A stretch of 64,000 nt of DNA, taken from NCBI GenBank assembly GCA_951406725.2, contig OX597827.1, forward strand, positions 7,874,001 through 7,938,000, written 5' to 3'. The position numbers and the translations under genes were made by a program. Numbering within the stretch: the stretch's first letter is position 1; each line of letters starts with the position of its first letter. Below are positions 40,621-54,375 of the stretch, one piece after another. Source of the DNA: Octopus vulgaris (taxonomy: Eukaryota). The notes beneath the pieces are model-generated. The model saw only the letters and a program-made list of their open reading frames with translations. It did no database searches and was not told where the DNA came from.

Positions 40621-42120
40621 AAGGGAGAGAGAGAGAGAGAGAGAGAGAGAAAGAAGCAGGCAGACATAGTAAGCAAGAGAGAAAACTACTAAGTCAGGTT
40701 GACCGAGAGTGAGGGAGAAAAATTAAAACTGGGAGAAGCAGTACATGATGTAGTAATGACATAGTATTGTGACTGTTGTTGTTTAGCTGCAAGGAGTACA
40801 TAGATCTATGATCATGGGGAGTTCCATTTCTGACCATTCCTTTGTTTTGTATAAGAGACTACTTGTCTAGTGTATAATTCTGTATTTAAAATTCAGTAAG
40901 ATATTGTTTGAAGGAAATTTGGATGTTATTTCTAGCAAAGCTGACCGATTATGGAATGTCTCCTTTTGTTGGTTTGTAGCATAGACAAAGTGTATTTGAA
41001 TGGTGTGAGCAATAATGTGTGAGGAAACAGTAATCAACCAAAAGGGACAGTGTAATCAGAATGACATATAATCAATGTTTAATGGCACGGTTGATATAGA
41101 AGGAAAGGTTGGTAAGGGTTGCGATGGTAGATGGGTAAATGGTGAACAGGCAGCAATTTAATATTACTCTAGCAAGTTAATTGATAAATTCTTCCTCAAT
41201 CTAATCGACAAGGGAGTCTCTATGTAATCCCTAACCTGCTAACAATAACAGCCAAAAATCTCAAATAACATGAAGTCCTGCATTAATTTATCTGAGAATA
41301 AGATGAATTGGTCATGGCTGGAATACTTTGATCGTAAATCTCCTTGATGAGAGTGAGAACATGTGGCTAAACAAGAAATCTTCCGAAATAAATTCCATCA
41401 GTTTCTAGCCCATTGTCATATGATATCCTTTCTCTGTCGGTTCCCAGTGGTACAAATGTCTAGATATTTGCTAGAACTCACTTGAAGTATCTGACTTTCA
41501 ACTTGGCATTGCAAGCAGTTTTTCATTCAAGAACTGAAGTGGCAGAATTGTTCAATAGAATACCACAAAGCATTCATACCAGTTCTCTGAGCTCTAAATT
41601 CAAATCCATGCAAGGTCAACTTAGCCTTTTATTCTTTGGTGGTGAGGTGGATTGATAGAAAGAACTAGTCTAAGGCAGTGGATTGGTATAATTGTTAAGA
41701 CCACCTGGCTGAATGCCTTGTGTTTTCTATTCCAGCTCTATACATTTTACTTTTAAAGTTAAGATCTCACTGCTTTACTGAAAATGATGACACTTCTGTC
41801 TCAAGTTGCAACCAAAAAAATATTATAAACTATAAGGAGTTTGAAAAAGGAGTTGAAACATGAAAATAAAATAGCAAAATAATGAAGAAGCTCTTTTACT
41901 CTTTTACTTGTTTCAGTCATGAACTGCGGCCATGCTGGAGCACCACCTTTAGTCAAGCAAATCGACCCCAGAGCTTATTCTTTGTAAGCCTAGTACTTAT
42001 TCTATTGGTCGCTTTTGCAAAACTACTTTATTCCTGCAATTTCAGTTTTTTCTCTTTGTCAAAAAGTTATTAAAATGAAATATACATGTAAGGAACATTA
42101 GAACTGACGAGATTTGTAAA

Positions 42121-42560
42121 ATCATCATCATTATCATCATCATCGTTTAACGTCTGTTTTCCATGCTAGCATGGGTTGGACGGTTCGACCGGGGTCTGGG
42201 AAGCCAGAAGGCTGCACCAAGCTCCAGTCTGATCTGGCAGTGTTTCTACAGCTGGATGCCCTTCCTAACGCCAACCACTCCGTGAGTGTAGTGGGTGCTT
42301 TTTACGTGCCACTGGCACAGGTGCCAGACGAGGCTGGCAATGGCCATGATCGGTTGGTGCTTTTTACGTGCCGCCGGCACAGAGATCACAGCTACAATTT
42401 CCATTGATTTTTTATGTTGATGTACTTGACTCAATAGGTCTCCTCAAGCACAGGGTTGAAACAGTGTTTCTTTACTTGCCACCTGCACAGGGGTCAGTCC
42501 AGCAGCACTGGCAACTGCCGGGTGCCAAGTCATAGGATTGGTTCAATTTCGATTCCGAAT
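42121..42560 (-). mobile_element. SINE-like family C copy
   Basis: Similarity to other copies. Confidence 0.85.
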
Positions 42561-42604
42561 ATAAACAAATAAATAAATATAAATAAATAAATAGAGAGAG
42601 TGAG

Positions 42605-43013
42605 AGGCGCAGGAGTGGCTGTGTGGTAAGTAGCTTGCTTACCAACCACATGGTTCCAAGTTCAGTCCCACTGCGTGGCACTTTGGGCAAGTGTCTTCTA
42701 CTATAGCCTCGGGCCGACCAAAGCCCTTGATTGGATTTGGTAGACGGAAACTGAAAGAAGCCCGTCGTATATATGTATATATATATGAGTGTGTGTGTGT
42801 CTGTGTTTGTCCCTCTAGCATTGCTTGACAACCGATGCTGGTGTGTTTATGTCCCCATTACATAGCGGTTCGGCAAAAGAGACCGATAGAATAAGTACTG
42901 GGCTTACAAAAGAATAAGTCCCGGGATCGAGTTGCTCGATTAAAGGCGGTGCTCCAGCATGGCCGCAGTCAAATGACTGAAACAAGTAAAAGAGTAAAAG
43001 ACAAAAAGAGTAA
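42605..43013 (+). mobile_element. SINE family A copy
   Basis: Similarity to other copies. Confidence 0.9.
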
Positions 43014-43429
43014 AGAGAGAGAGAGAGAGAGTTGCATTTGAAATAAAATGACATAATCTATCAAGTTGTTTGTACATTTTGAACATATTTTAAGCTAACG
43101 ACTTTTGTCAAACACTAACAAAAGAATTTCTCTGCACATCATTACTTTACAATATTTATTTATCTTATTTACTTGAAACTTATACATCAAAGAGGAGACA
43201 AAACTCGGCTTATCATACAGGATCAGTAGACTTGAAGATTAAAGTGCAGCTGCAATATTAATCAATTTACTCTTAATGTAGTTGTTCGTATTAAGCAATG
43301 GTTATCTACTGCTTTAGTTTGATGACTTCTGTCATTTTCAATAGCTTCAACTGTATACAGCAAATTAAACTAAATGCAGCTGGTTTTGCATTGTTCTGAT
43401 AGTATTTCTAGCAGGAAAGTATATATTAT

Positions 43430-43852
43430 AGGCACAGGAGTGGCTGTGTGGTAAGTAGCTTGTTTACCAACAACATGGTTCCGGGTTCAGTCCCACTGCG
43501 TGGCACCTTGGGGCAAGTGTCTTCTGCTATAGCCCCGGGTCGACCAATGCCTTGTGAGTGGATTTGGTAGACGGAAACTGAAAGAAGCCCATCGAATATA
43601 TGTATGTATATATATGTATGTGTGTGTGTTTGCATGTGTCTGTATTCGTCTTCCTGCCATCACTTGACAATTGATGCTGGTGTGTTTACGTCTCCATAAC
43701 TTAGTGGTTCAGCAAAAAAAAACTGATAGAATAAGTATTAGGCTTACGAAGAATAAGTCCCAGGGTCGATTTGCTCGACTAAAGGCGGTGCTCCAGCATG
43801 GCCGCAGTCAAATGACTGAAAAAAGTAAAAGTAAAAGTAAAAAAGTAAAAGT
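43430..43852 (+). mobile_element. SINE family A copy (mosaic)
   Basis: Young-type head and tail; middle nearly identical to diverged neighbour at 44117-44220. Confidence 0.88.
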
Positions 43853-44013
43853 ATATATATATTGTATATAATATATTGTATATAAATATAAATATATATA
43901 TACTGAACTTTATAAAAGTTCCTACCGTTAATGGTTATATTTACATGCCGAAATCTACCAGTAAATAATTGTTGGTTTTTTTAAAAACCATTAAAGAAAT
44001 TATTTACTCTTAT

Positions 44014-44066
<53 letters not shown>

Positions 44067-44232
44067 TATGTATATGTATATATATGTATGTATGTATTTA
44101 TGTATGTATGTATGTATGCATGTGTCTGTATTCGTCTTCCAGCCATCACTTGACAATTGATGCTGGTGTGTTTACGTCTCCATAACTTAGTGGTTCAGCA
44201 AAAAAAAACTGATAGAATAATGATGAGGATGC

Positions 44233-44266
<34 letters not shown>

Positions 44267-44384
44267 GTGATGATGATGATGATGATGATGAGGATGATGA
44301 TTTTAAGGTGTTGCTCCAGCATGGTCGCAGTCAAATGACTGAAACAAGTAAAAGAATGAAAGAATAATAATAATAATAATAATA

Positions 44385-44602
44385 ATCCTTTCAACTATGG
44401 GCACAAGGCCTGAAATTTTGAGGGTGAGCAGTATAGTCGATTATATTGACCCCCAATACCCAACTGGTACTTATTTTCATTGACCCTGAAAGGATAAGGG
44501 TAAAGTCGACCTCAGCAGAATTTGAACTCAGAATGTAAAGATGGACAAAATACCACTAAGCATTTTGCCCGGCATGCTAACGATTCTGCCAGCTTGCTGC
44601 CT
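44385..44602 (-). mobile_element. SINE family B copy, alternative tail with (TTA)n
   Basis: Similarity to other copies. Confidence 0.8.
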
Positions 44603-44605
44603 TAT

Positions 44606-44655
44606 ATGATGATGATGATGATGATGATGGTGATGATCACTAGTGCTGCTGTGAC

Positions 44656-44691
<36 letters not shown>

Positions 44692-44725
44692 CACCGCTAC
44701 GAATACGACTACTACTACTACTACT

Positions 44726-44796
<71 letters not shown>

Positions 44797-44801
44797 GATG
44801 G

Positions 44802-44851
<50 letters not shown>

Positions 44852-44870
44852 ATGATGGTGATGGTGATGG

Positions 44871-44914
<44 letters not shown>

Positions 44915-44921
44915 GTGATGG

Positions 44922-44986
<65 letters not shown>

Positions 44987-44995
44987 ATGATGATG

Positions 44996-45067
<72 letters not shown>

Positions 45068-45092
45068 ATGATGATGATGATGGTGGTGGTGG

Positions 45093-45145
<53 letters not shown>

Positions 45146-45168
45146 GTGATGATGGTGATGATGGTGAT
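44606..45168 (+). repeat. Compound (GAT)/(CTA)/(GGT) trinucleotide tract
   Basis: Directly visible. Confidence 0.95.
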
Positions 45169-45685
45169 AACTACTCCCCAGACTGTCAATTATAAATCCC
45201 TTCTATCATGCGACACTAGTAGATGAGATCATCGAATTATAGGTGTTTGTTGGAGGATTAATGGAGCCTCACTCCAATTTTGACATTTTATTTAATTTTA
45301 TTTTTTCAGGGTTTTTTTTTTTTCTCATTAAACTGCTTTTCTTTGAAGATCAATATTTTTTTTTTAAATGTTTCTTTTTTTTTTCTTTTTCTTTTTATTT
45401 CACATTAGAAATATTCTTGAAGACGGCTTGAACTAAAAGACATAGCAGTTTTGATTGTTTGATTAATTTCAACACCTTTATGTTTATGAGCAACTGTTCG
45501 TCAACATCTTGTCGTTAATTATTTTGTCTATTCTCTTAATTAGTTTTATTCAGTACTGAAAATACTTCTTGCATCAAAGAACCTATAATTTTAAACTTGA
45601 ATTTTCTAATGTAATATCACTGATAATCAAATTGTGTATGTGTATGTGCATGTGTGTAAATATACATATATTCATGTGTATATGT

Positions 45686-45717
<32 letters not shown>

Positions 45718-46311
45718 CGTTTATGCTTAGAAGAGATGCATGTTATCAGAGTTTCTAGCTTGATCAAATAGATCTCGCCTCTCCAAATGCTAATTATAGT
45801 ATCTATGAGAATGAATTTAAGACAGGCTAACTTGTATGAGACATAGAGTCGTATAAGGTATAACAATGAAATCAAATCAAGCAATGATATTTTTAATGCA
45901 ATTAATATGTACATTTCAGATAGTTATGCAATATATATAAAGGGGTATTTCACCTCTTATGTAACATCTTCCTCAGTTAAAACGTATCAAAATATGAACA
46001 AATTGATGGAATTAATCTTATATGTATGGTCAGGCAGTGTAGGTCATCAACTAGATGAGGAGAGGATGTGGTCAGAAGGGGTGGAATAGCTATAAAGAGG
46101 GAAAAGGAAGAGAGAAGGAGAAAGAGAGAGAGGAGAGAGAAAGAGGGGGAGTGAACAGAGAAAATGGGAGGTAAAGGAATTGGTATAGAAGGTATGAGGG
46201 CAGAAGAAAGGTGAGAAGCAGAGAAGAGAAAGAGTCAACTAAACAAAAGAATAAGTAAACAAATAAATAAGTGTACTAATGAATACATGACTGAATACAA
46301 AGAATAAAAAC

Positions 46312-46372
<61 letters not shown>

Positions 46373-46384
46373 TGATAATAATAA

Positions 46385-46591
46385 TCTTTTCTACTATAGG
46401 CACAAGGCAGGAATTTTTGGGGAAGGGAGCCAGTCAGTTAGATCATCCCAGTATGCAACTGGTACTTAACTTATCTACCCTGAAAGGATGAAAGGCAAAG
46501 TTGACCTCAGTGGAATTTGAGTGTAGTGACAGGTAAAATACTGCTAAGCATTACACCTGGCATGCTAACGATTCTGCCAGCTCGCCACCTT
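46385..46591 (-). mobile_element. SINE family B copy within (AAT)n
   Basis: Similarity to other copies; AAT repeats on both sides. Confidence 0.8.
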
Positions 46592-46726
46592 TTATAATAA
46601 TAATAATAATAATAATAATCATCATCATCATCATTTAACGTCTACTTTCCATGCTGGCATGGGTTGGACGATTTTGACTGAGGGCTGGCGAACCAGATGG
46701 CTGCACCAGGCTCCAATCTTGATTTG

Positions 46727-47009
<283 letters not shown>

Positions 47010-47011
47010 CA

Positions 47012-47240
47012 ACATGGGTCTAAGAAATTGGTACAAATGTAAAGATAGAATACCAACAAAAATTAGCATTGCTTGGAACTGCCAGAGTTTTTGGCATGGT
47101 TCTTGAAGCATGATCAGTAAACAAGTGTCGTCTGAGTCTGCTGGCTGTGGACAGCTGACACCTTCCATCATACCCAGCAAAAGAAGCTGAGAGTTTTTTT
47201 ATGATACAATAAGAATAGCAATGATAGAATAAATAGCTAA
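47012..47240 (+). mobile_element. R4/Dong/Hero-type (RLE) non-LTR retrotransposon 3' end
   Basis: Frame from 47012: TWV*EIGTNVKIEYQQKLALLGTARVFGMVLEA*; QKxALLGTAR resembles the C-terminal motif of this group. Confidence 0.75.
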
Positions 47241-47590
47241 AATAATGATGATGATGAGGATGGTGATGATGATGATGACGATGACGATGACGATGACGGT
47301 GACGGTGATGGTGATGGTGGTGATGATGATGATGACGATGACGATGACGATGACGGTGACGGTGATGGTGGTGATGATGATGATGACGATGACGATGACG
47401 GTGACGGTGATGGTGATGGTGGTGATGATGATGATGATGATGGTGATGATGGTGATGGTGATGGTGATGATGATGATGATGATGATGATGGTGATGGTGA
47501 TGGTGGTGATGATGATGGTGATGATGGTGATGATGATGATGATGATGATGATGGTGGTGATGGTGGTGGTGGTGATGATGATGGTGGTGG

Positions 47591-47643
<53 letters not shown>
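47241..47643 (+). repeat. (GAT/GGT/GAC)n tract
   Basis: Directly visible. Confidence 0.95.
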
Positions 47644-47870
47644 CAGCGAGCTGGCAGAAACGTTAGCACACCGGGCGAAATGCTTTGCGGTATTGCGTCT
47701 GTCGTTGCATTCTGAGTTCAAATTCCGCCGAGGTCGACTTTGCCTTTCATCCTTTCAGGGTCGATAAATTAAGTACCAGATATGCACTGGGGTCGATGTA
47801 ATCGACTTAATCCGTTTGTCTGTCTTTGTTTGTCCCCTCTGTGTTTAGCCCCTTGTGGGCAATAAAGAAA
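47644..47870 (+). mobile_element. SINE family B copy inserted in (GAT)n
   Basis: Similarity to other copies; GAT repeats on both sides. Confidence 0.9.
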
Positions 47871-47872
47871 CA

Positions 47873-47910
<38 letters not shown>

Positions 47911-48463
47911 CGATGATGATGATGAGGAGGAGGATGATATTTTTGACTACAGAATATTAAGAATGTCTGTCTCAGTTACGGTGAAATTCAGTGTTGTGAA
48001 TCGGGTTGACCCCTTTCTGATTCAGACAAAATGTTGAGCAGTATTTATTTATGGGTTTATTATATTCTGAGTTCAGTTTGAACTCACCTCCATACTTCAT
48101 CACTTCTCTGAAGTTGACAGAATAAAGAAGCATTGAATTCCTTTGCTGGCTCGAAATATGCACCAATTTTAGAATTCAATGAATAAAGTTATTAAAATGA
48201 TTGGATAGAAAGAGAAAGAAAGAATTTGGAGAAATAGAGAAGTGTCTAGAATATTTTAGAGATATCTCAAGGAATATGGTTTAGAAAACAGCAAAAGCAC
48301 AGGGAAAAGAGACTTTCACATTCACAGTGTCTCAAATATCAAGCCATAACTTCAAAGTCTTAAATTTCAATAATTTGACAGCCTTTCATATCTTTTTCCA
48401 TCTATCAATTTTGCATGTATCTGTCTGTCTGTCTGTCTGTCTGTCAGATGATAAACAGATGAA

Positions 48464-48472
48464 TAGATAGAC

Positions 48473-48514
<42 letters not shown>

Positions 48515-48635
48515 GTAGGTAGGTAGGTAGGTAGGTAGGTAGGTAGGTAGATAGATAGATAGGTAGGTAGGTAGGTAGGTAGGTAGGTAGGTAGGTAGGT
48601 ATGTAGATAGATACGTAGATAGATAGATAGGTAGC

Positions 48636-48692
<57 letters not shown>

Positions 48693-48697
48693 GGATG

Positions 48698-48740
<43 letters not shown>

Positions 48741-48803
48741 GTTAAAAAGTCAAAAATAGACAGACAGATAGATAGATATAAAGATATATATATATATATA
48801 TAT

Positions 48804-48882
<79 letters not shown>
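48464..48882 (+). repeat. (GATA)/(GGTA) compound microsatellite
   Basis: Directly visible. Confidence 0.95.
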
Positions 48883-48883
<1 letters not shown>

Positions 48884-49453
48884 GCAGGTAAGCAGACAGA
48901 TAGATATTAATCTGATTGTCTTTTTTTCTTTCTCACCTCTCCCTTTGTCTCTTGCCCCACATCTTTCTATAATGGAAAAAAAAAACACCTGTGGTTTTGG
49001 AGTCGAGATCCCACCTGAAAAGCCTCTGTAGTTCCCATATACCCAACATAGTGGTCAATCTAAATAAGAGTATTAGACTTTTACATGAAACTTATTCAGC
49101 ACTGGATTTCTACAGCTGAAGATTAATACAAAAAGAATAAATACAACAGAAAAAAACCCCACAATTCTATACATTTATCTCCTGAAAGACAGGACGTAAT
49201 AATTTATTTAAAATGTGTTTTTTTTTAACAAACTATCTCCAATGCTTTGATGCTTTGATACTTATTAGAATCATTACAAAATAGTGATTAAAAAAAAAAT
49301 TTGTCTGTATGTATTGATGTAGTTTAAAATTTATTCTGTAAGAAGCTGATAATACTGGGAACATTAAAAGATTCTTAGACGAAATTTTGATGGTTTAATG
49401 AATAGGTGAACTGAATCTGGTATAACATACACATACACATACACATACACTCA

Positions 49454-49502
<49 letters not shown>

Positions 49503-49849
49503 TCACACACGCACACACACATCTATATACATATTTATGTATCTTTTATTTTTTTTTATCCTTTGCTTGCTTCAGTCATTAGACTGCAGCCATGCTGGGG
49601 GTACTGCCTTGAAGAATCTTAGTTGAACAAATTGACCCCAGTACTTAGCTTTTAAGCATCGTACTTATTCTATCAGTTTCTTTTGCTGAACTGCTAGGTG
49701 TCAGAGATGTAAACAAACCAACACTGGTTATCAAATGGTGGGGTTACAAGCACATAGATATCCACACTATTGGCTTCCACACAGTTTCCATCTCTGTCTG
49801 TCTGTCTCTTTCTCTCTCTTCTATATGTGTGTGTCTGTGTACATATATA

Positions 49850-50072
49850 TACTCTTTTTACTCTTTTTTTACTCTTTTACTTGTTTCAGTCATTTGACTG
49901 CGGCCATGCTGGAGCACCGCCTTTAGTCGAGCAAATTGACCCCGGGACTTATTCTTTGTAAACCCAGTACTTATTCTATCAGTCTCTTTTGCCGAACCGC
50001 TAAGTAACGGGGACGTAAACACACCAGCATCGGTTGTCAAGCAATGCTAGGGGGACAAACACAGACACACAA

Positions 50073-50103
<31 letters not shown>

Positions 50104-50263
50104 CATATATACGACAGGCTTCTATCAGTTTCTGTCTACCAAATCCACTCACAAGGCATTGGTCGGCCCGGGGCTATAGCAGAAGACACTTGCCCAAGAT
50201 GCCACGCAGTGGGACTGAACCTGGAACCATGTGGTTGTTTAGCAAGCTACTTACCACACAGCC
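49850..50263 (-). mobile_element. SINE family A copy (older copy adjacent at about 49555-49790)
   Basis: Similarity to other copies. Confidence 0.9.
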
Positions 50264-50318
50264 AATATATATATATATATACACATAGGTATATATATAT
50301 ATAGGTATATATATATAT

Positions 50319-50439
<121 letters not shown>

Positions 50440-51414
50440 CAAGGAACCTTGTATGACTTTAAAAATTCATATATATAAAACAATGGATAGGTGTCACTTC
50501 ATTACAGTTGTTTCTAACGAATTTTTTAATTGATTAATGAGTATAATTTATCATAATAAAAACTGTTTTCTTCAGATGAATACATGAACTTCACAATAAA
50601 GGACATTTTAAAAAGATTTAACATCCTTGGCATTTGCATATTTAATGATTCTACAATCAACACTTATCAATTCACCTGAATCTTGATGTGTGTGTGTGTG
50701 TGAACAAGTCGTTTCTTAAATCGTTTGAGAAACCTATCCTTTGGCTTCTGTTTACATCTTTCTGACTTACTTTCCAAATTTCAAATAAAACATTTCTATG
50801 TATCTCATTCTGAAAATATTACCATCACTACAGCTGCCGCCAGAATAAATCTGATCTCTTTAAGCAGCTGTTCCTAAACATTTTTTTCCAAGAGACCTTG
50901 TATGACTTTAAAAATTCATAAGTTCATGTACTCTACCTAGTATCTATATTTTATGAGCAACTGACATTACGATAATTTTAACAATGACTTAAATTAAGAG
51001 TATATTCATATACATATGTATGTGTGGATTTTTGTATCTGTGTTTGTCACCCCACCCCCATCACTGCTTGACAACCAGTGTTGGTTTATTTACATCTCTG
51101 TAACTTAGCACCTGAGCACTGTACACAATAATTTCATTATTATTATGTATGCCATGGAAGTCCCCTGCATGTTGTCCGACATGCCCATTGGTGTTGCAGG
51201 CCACAAAGAGAAGGTCTCTGTCACTCGTGGACGAGGTAGTCTGCAAGAAGGTGTCAAAAATCAGTCTTTCTGGTCATCAGGTATCCCCAGCTGAGGGGCA
51301 TAGGCCAAGATGATGGTTGCTAACCCATGTTGCAGCACTAATCTAATCTAAAGTATTCTATAACAGACTCTGACTACCTTGATTACCTTATCAACCCATT
51401 TCTCTGCAAAAGTT

Positions 51415-51902
51415 CCGATGTCTGGCAGCTGACTTGACAGACACCCATAAAATTATCAACCATCTTACAAACAATAACTCTGAGCACCTTTTCAAACTCC
51501 ACCTGTCTGTCTAGCATCCGTGAACATATTTACAAAGTCAGAAAACAGCACAGCTCCCATGACTTCAGGAAACATTTTTTCACGCTGAGAGTTGCTGAAG
51601 CATGGAACAAACTGCCGGCATCAGTTGTTAGTTGTTGGAGCACTGCATCCTTCAAAACTTCCATGCTTTCTGACATTCGCCAACACTACACCTGATTTTC
51701 TCAAAACTTCCATGCTTTCTGGGGTTCGCTGGCACTGCACCTGATTTTCTCCCCTCCATACACACACAAGCATGTATCTGACTCATGTATTGTTTGCTTT
51801 CCAGACATTTGTACACTACTGCATATACTTTATATGCACTTTCTGACAAGTTGTGGTGCACCTGAGCACTGTACACAATAATTTCATTATTATTATTATT
51901 AT
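51415..51902 (+). mobile_element. CR1/L2-group LINE family E 3' fragment with internal 49-bp tandem duplication
   Basis: Homologous to 57991-58468; duplication 51652-51700 / 51701-51749. Confidence 0.9.
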
Positions 51903-52419
51903 TTGGTAAAAGAGACTGATAGAATAAGTACCACCAGACTTTAAAAAATAAGTATTTGGGCTGATTTCTTTTTTTCAACTAATTCCTTCAAAGAGTGCTC
52001 CAGCATGGTACAGTCCAAAGATTGAAACAAGGAAAACATATATAAGATCATGCAGAATCCCTGAATGTTTTCATGCAAGCCTGGAACCCATTTTGAGAAG
52101 CATTGACCTTAAAGTAGGCCTGAAGCCTACAGGTTCTTGAAGCTGGAACTTATCCAGATTTTCAAGGCATTTTTGATAAAAGTGAAACCAAACTTGTCCT
52201 TGAATGGAATATCAGTCTTTTATAGGGTTAACCCCGTTAGGTGCCACTGAGATTCATTTTTAGTCATGTATACTGGAGCAATATGAAATAAAGTGTCTTG
52301 TTCTTGGATTGGCCCTGGATTAAGCAAAATAAGTACATACTTAGGGTATCAAGGGAAGAGGGACACCACAGAAATGGTAAAAGGTTTATGGCACAAAAGA
52401 AATCACTTTAAACTTGCCT

Positions 52420-52971
52420 AAAATCAAAATCAAAATCAAATTCGACGACTGGCGTCCGTGCTAGCGGGGTGGTGCAAAGAGCACCATATGAGCGTGATCA
52501 TTGACAGAGCGGATAACCAGCTTCCGTGCCAGTGGCACTTAAAAGGCACCATTCGAGCGTGATCGTTACCAGCGTTGCCTTACTGGCACTCGAGCCCCAT
52601 GCTAGTAGGGTATTAAGAGCACCATCCAAGTGTGATCGTTGCCGGAGTGGCTATCTGGCCTCCATGCTGGTGGCACGTAAAAGACACCATTCAAGCATGA
52701 TCGTTACCAGCATCGCCTTACTAGCACCGGTGCTGGTGGCATATGTAAAAGGATTCGAGCGAGGTCATTGCCAGTACCGCCTGACTGGCCCTGTGCTGGT
52801 GGCATGTAAAAAGCACCCACTACACTCTCGGAGTGGTTGGCGTTAGGAAGGGTATCCAGCTGTAGAAACTCTGCCAGATCAGATTGGAGCCTGGTGCAGC
52901 CATCTTGATAGCCAGCCCTCAGTCAATCATCCAACCCATGCTAGCATGGAAAGTGGACGTTAAACGATGAT
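52420..52971 (+). mobile_element. SINE-like family C long copy with internal minisatellite
   Basis: Repeated GGCACGTAAAAAGCACCATTCGAGCGTGATCGTT-like units followed by the family C 3' block. Confidence 0.85.
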
Positions 52972-53427
52972 CATGTTTATATGATTAGAAATATAATTTC
53001 AAAGTGTTCATGGTGTCATAGTGAGGATCCGATCAAAAACTTTGCAATTACAAAAATGTAGGAGAAAACTTTTCAAATATAAATAAAGTGGAAGTATACA
53101 AAAATAAACATTATTTTCCATCTTCCTGTTAGTTTTGTTTCATTTTGAAAAATAAAATTTTATTTTATGGTTTATTATTGTTTATATCTTGAATTAAATA
53201 TAATCTTTTAAGTGCTTAGGACCTCTATGGGTCTTAATCCAACCCTGTCTAAGATCCAATGCATCGCTCAGTCTAAGAATCAAACATACAACCAAATGAT
53301 CATGCACTTACCATTCTATCCACCGAGGCATGCATCTTCACACAGCAATGATTTGAAAAAACAAAAAACAAAAAAAATAATAATAATATCAACAAAGTTC
53401 TCAGACTTGTATTTTATTGGCTTTTCT

Positions 53428-53898
53428 ACTACATCAAGCAAAACTTCCATGCTTCCCAAAATTTGCCAACAATTTTTATAAAAATGACTCATTCTCTGTT
53501 CATATTTTATGTATCATTCTATGTACTGTATATGCACTTTTGGCTACCTTTTCCAACAAGTTATACTGCGTCTGAGCACCATATACAATAATCTAATTAT
53601 TATGATTATTACATTTATGAGGGCTTTTTTTTTCTTTTGTCTGTTTTTAAGAAATACTAGCTTCACAAAGATATGCCTTGTTTCTGCTTCACCAGAAAAT
53701 GGATTTCAGTCTGCGAGATTCTTCCAGTTCGAGATGAAGGAATACACCTAATGTTTCTAGATAATTTCTTATTGTTAGAAATATTTCCTTAGTGAAATGG
53801 TTGCATAAATGTGTCACATGGTACACTGTACTCTCACAATGAGCGTTTTGGGAATGAATGTATTTGTCGTGAAGCATCTACTCTTTATCTTAAAATGT
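53428..53898 (+). repeat. Inverted duplication arm A
   Basis: Reverse complement of 59384-59863; ORFs 53509(+) and 59531(-) translate almost identically. Confidence 0.92.
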
Positions 53899-54121
53899 GA
53901 AGCAGGCAGCCAGGTTGTTAGGGTATTTGGCTGATGGTCGTAAACGTCGGACCGAGTGCTGCATTGTAAAGCACTTATTTCCAGTTGTTTTTGTCTACTC
54001 AGTTGAACATGAACACCGGCGAGAAGCTGAAATGTATCTGCTTGTTACCATTTTTGATGGAATATAAGATGCACTTTCTCCACCCTCCAAAAATGTCCTG
54101 AGAAACCACATTGAGTCCTAT

Positions 54122-54344
54122 ACTTTACTTACTTTGCTCTTACTCTTACTTGTTTCAGTCATTTGACTGTGGCCATGCTGGAGCACCGCCTTTTAGTCGA
54201 GAAAATCGACCCCGGGACTTGTTCTTTTTGTAAGCCCAGTACTTATTCTATCGGTCTCTTTTACTGAACCGCTAAGTGACGGGGACGTAAACACACCAGC
54301 ATCGGTTGTCAAGCAATGCTAGAGGGACAAACACAGACACACAA

Positions 54345-54375
<31 letters not shown>

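Noticed and set aside
45224-45245. bantam-like seed TGAGATCAT
   Set aside because: Rest of the mature sequence does not match and no hairpin is evident
52480-52820. Repeat-spacer-like pattern resembling a CRISPR array
   Set aside because: Eukaryotic context, degenerate repeats, spacers related to each other, no cas genes; it is the family C minisatellite
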